Of a stretch of DNA of 64,000 bases, positions 61,353 to 64,000 are shown one piece after another. Both the position numbers and the translations under genes were made by a program. The notes under the pieces are model-generated. The model had not been told where the DNA came from. It saw only the letters and a list, made by a program, of their open reading frames with translations, and made no database searches. Position 1 is the stretch's first letter. Every line of letters starts with the position of its first letter. Origin of the DNA: Heptranchias perlo (taxonomy: Eukaryota). The stretch lies in NCBI RefSeq assembly GCF_035084215.1, contig NC_090348.1:25854001-25918000 (forward strand). Reading direction: 5' to 3'.

Positions 61353-62320
61353 GTACGACATGATAGCAGATAAACAAGATTTGGTTTGGATTGGATTGAA
61401 CAATTGTTCACCCTTGGGCTAGTAACATGAGCATTTCCTTAACCTGGTTGTATCTCCAACATGCAAATTCCACTTGCAGGTCCTACTGAATTACATTCAG
61501 CTAGACATTGCAGACAGTGGGAAGTAAGCTAGAAACAATCTGCATTATGTAGAATGTTTGTATATAGCTCTGCCAGATGGGTCATGGTGCTTTGATTGAT
61601 TGCTGTATTAAAATTACTAACAAAATGACTTTGCAGTAACATTTTCCAAGTTATTCAGAGTTGTGTTTTGGTCACTTGCCACGAATGAAAAAAAGGCAGT
61701 TGATAAAACTGCTGTCAAAAGAATAGTTCATCAATCACACATCAACTTTTTAATAATTTTTTTTCTTCCATTTCCCCCTGTCCTGGCCCCTCTTAAACAG
61801 AGTCCAGCTACAGTTCACTTCATTCACCCATAAGTGAATTAGACACCTACCCAGTCGTGATGGAGTTTGACTGAGTAGAGTCTTTTCCTGCTGATTTAAT
61901 ACTCATAATTAATTAGCTAAGTATTTAGAATAGTGCAATTTTTTTCCTTTGACCAACACACACTAGGATGTTTTAGTTTAGTTTTAGCACTTCACATTTC
62001 ATGTTCATGAAACATTTTAGGGCTAGAGTAGTCCTTTTCTGAACTAGTAAAGGTGGATATTGTGCAATAATGTACATATTATCAGTTTGTGCATTATGGA
62101 TACCTTGCATGGAATCGCATTTCTAACCTTTTAATTTGGGGCTGGGGGAATAATGTGAGTCTGCAAAAGAATGTAGCACTGTAAGAATAAGAGATGTCTG
62201 GATTCTGTGATAGTTTGAAATTTCTCTCCCAAGTGCGTAGGGGTATTGGATAAATGAAAGATGGCTTCTGTAACTTGCAACATGAACAGCCTAGTCAATT
62301 GTTTATTATCAAACCTACAG

Positions 62321-62482
62321 ATTGTGCTTGCTGGAGATCCAAGGCAACTGGGGCCAGTAATGAAGTCTAGAATTGCCGCTGCTTATGGTCTGTCTGTTTC
62401 ACTTTTGGAGAGACTAATGATGCGGCCTTTGTACTCTAGAGATGAAACTTTTAGTGCATTTGGTTCCTACAATCCCCTTTTG
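62321..62482 (+). CDS. MOV10L1: MOV10L1 coding exon 20 ([33 protein letters not shown]...YNPLL; motif III)
   Basis: ctacag acceptor, gtgagt donor, phase 0/0. The gene continues beyond the window. Confidence 0.97.
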
Positions 62483-62549
62483 GTGAGTCTTGTCCTTTTC
62501 TTATTTACAGTAGCCAAATACTATGGTCATGTAGATCCCCCTCCCACAT

Positions 62550-63447
62550 GAGGACATAAAAAACCTACAGGGGGATATAGACAGGCTGGGTGAGTGGGCG
62601 GAGATTTGGCAGATGCAATACAATATTGGAAAATGTGAGGTTATGCACTTTGGCAGGAAAAATCAGAGAGCAAGTTATTATCTTAATGGCAAGAAACTGG
62701 AAAGTACTGCAGTACAAAGGGATCTGGGGGTCCTAGTGCAAGAAAATAAAAAAGTTAGTATGCAGGTGCAGCAGGTGATCAAGAAGGCCAACGGAATGTT
62801 GACTTTTATTGCTCGGGGGATAGAATATAAAAACAGGGAGGTATTGCTGCAGTTATATAAGGTATTGGTGAGACCGCACCTGGAATACTGCATACAGTTT
62901 TGGTCTCCATACTTAAGAAAAGACATACTTGCTCTCGAGGCAGTACAAAGAAGGTTCACTCGGTTAATCCCGGGGATGAGGGGGCGGACATATGAGGAGA
63001 GGTTGAGTAGATTGGGACTCTACTCATTGGAGTTCAGAAGAACGAGAGGCGATCTTATTGAAACATACAAAATTGTGAAGGGGCTTGATCGGGTGGATGC
63101 GGTGAGGATGTTCCCAAGGATGGGTGAAACTAGAACTAGGGGGCATAATCTTAGAATAAGGGGCTGCTCTTTCAAAACTGAGATGAGGAGAAACTTCTTC
63201 ACTCAGAGGGTAGTAGGTCTGTGGAATTTGCTGCCCCAGGAAGCTGTGGAAGCTACATCATTAAATAAATTTAAAACAGAAATCGACAGTTTCTTAGAAG
63301 TAAAGGGAATTAGGGGTTACGGGGAGCGGGCAGGAAATTGGACATGAATTTAGATTTGAGATTAGGATCAGATCAGCCATGATCTTATTGAATGGCGGAG
63401 CAGGCTCAAGGGGCCGATTGGCCTACTCCTGCTCCTATTTCTTATGT
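62550..63447 (+). mobile_element. Young 5'-truncated CR1 LINE
   Basis: Uninterrupted 244-aa ORF2 C-terminal frame (62613-63347) and an intact 3' UTR ending TTCTTATGT. Confidence 0.92.
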
Positions 63448-64000
63448 GTACACACAGTATAAGGCAATTTGTTTGCATTTCTGTGTTATTTTGTATAGCT
63501 GTTTCATGTTCATATCCTTGTAAAGTATAACTTTACTACTAGTTACTAAAATAAGGCTTTTGGAAGTTTTCCTGCTATTAGCTCAGCGTAGGCAGGCAAC
63601 ATCGCCAACAATTCATACAGCGGATCAGGGACTGCGTGTTGGAAAAATACTGCATGGGAGGGCAGATTACAAGAAGTTTTCTCTCAGAAAATCTAATACC
63701 ACAAGCCAGATTAATGTTGTTAATAGGAACCCTGTTGATTCACTTCTGATAGAGGAAGTATAAATTATGTTTTCAGTTAGAGTACAGAACTGATTATTTG
63801 AAGTGTTAAGAATGCATTTATACTTCAACTTTAGTGACTCATCAAATCAGTCTCTGCTTCACTGCAGTGCTGAAGTGACAGTGTAACAATGGAGTCAGAT
63901 CATCAATCTGTACTGCACTTGAGACCACAAAGCAAAAAACTGCAAAGCAGTTGGGATCTCACACCGAGTGTAAATCATTGCAATGCCGTTGTCCTGGAGG

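Noticed and set aside
63541-63570. GTTACTAAA as the start of the next exon (VTKL...)
   Set aside because: The frame continues VTKIRLL rather than VTKLVKNYRSH, and the acceptor does not fit. The next exon lies beyond the window.
1-64000. CRISPR arrays, operons, rRNA or bona fide tRNA genes
   Set aside because: Vertebrate intron-exon DNA with no repeat-spacer arrays; the tRNA-like boxes belong to SINE heads.

Overview
Eukaryotic (vertebrate) genomic DNA, not prokaryotic. The repeat content (CR1 and L2 LINEs, Deu-domain SINEs, Penelope-like elements, Harbinger MITEs) points to a cartilaginous fish; that assignment is an inference. Two genes lie head-to-head, in the same arrangement as human 22q13.33. 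MLC1 is on the minus strand, with four coding exons at 3982-2104 and the rest continuing past the left edge. MOV10L1, the germline piRNA-pathway UPF1-like RNA helicase, is on the plus strand. I traced 20 MOV10L1 coding exons with GT-AG boundaries and consistent phases from 19678 to 62482 (3153 nt, 1051 codons); they include the Walker A (GPPGTGKT), DEAGQ and GDPxQLGP motifs, and the gene continues past the right edge. A CpG-rich putative promoter and non-coding exon 1 sits at ~13.2-13.3 kb. Introns are filled with transposon remnants. The most notable observations are: (1) a ~960-bp Penelope-like inverted-repeat insertion with a 13-bp TSD, carrying minimal hammerhead ribozymes, inside a MOV10L1 intron, plus a third hammerhead in a LINE/CR1/Penelope mosaic; (2) a candidate in-frame 39-nt micro-exon with a NAGNAG acceptor; (3) an intronic partial copy of a helicase exon; (4) an unexplained CpG-rich intronic segment; (5) a Harbinger Myb/SANT gene remnant with intact sense-strand splice sites. 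I found no convincing wholly new biological system. Family assignments come from motif recognition, not from database searches.
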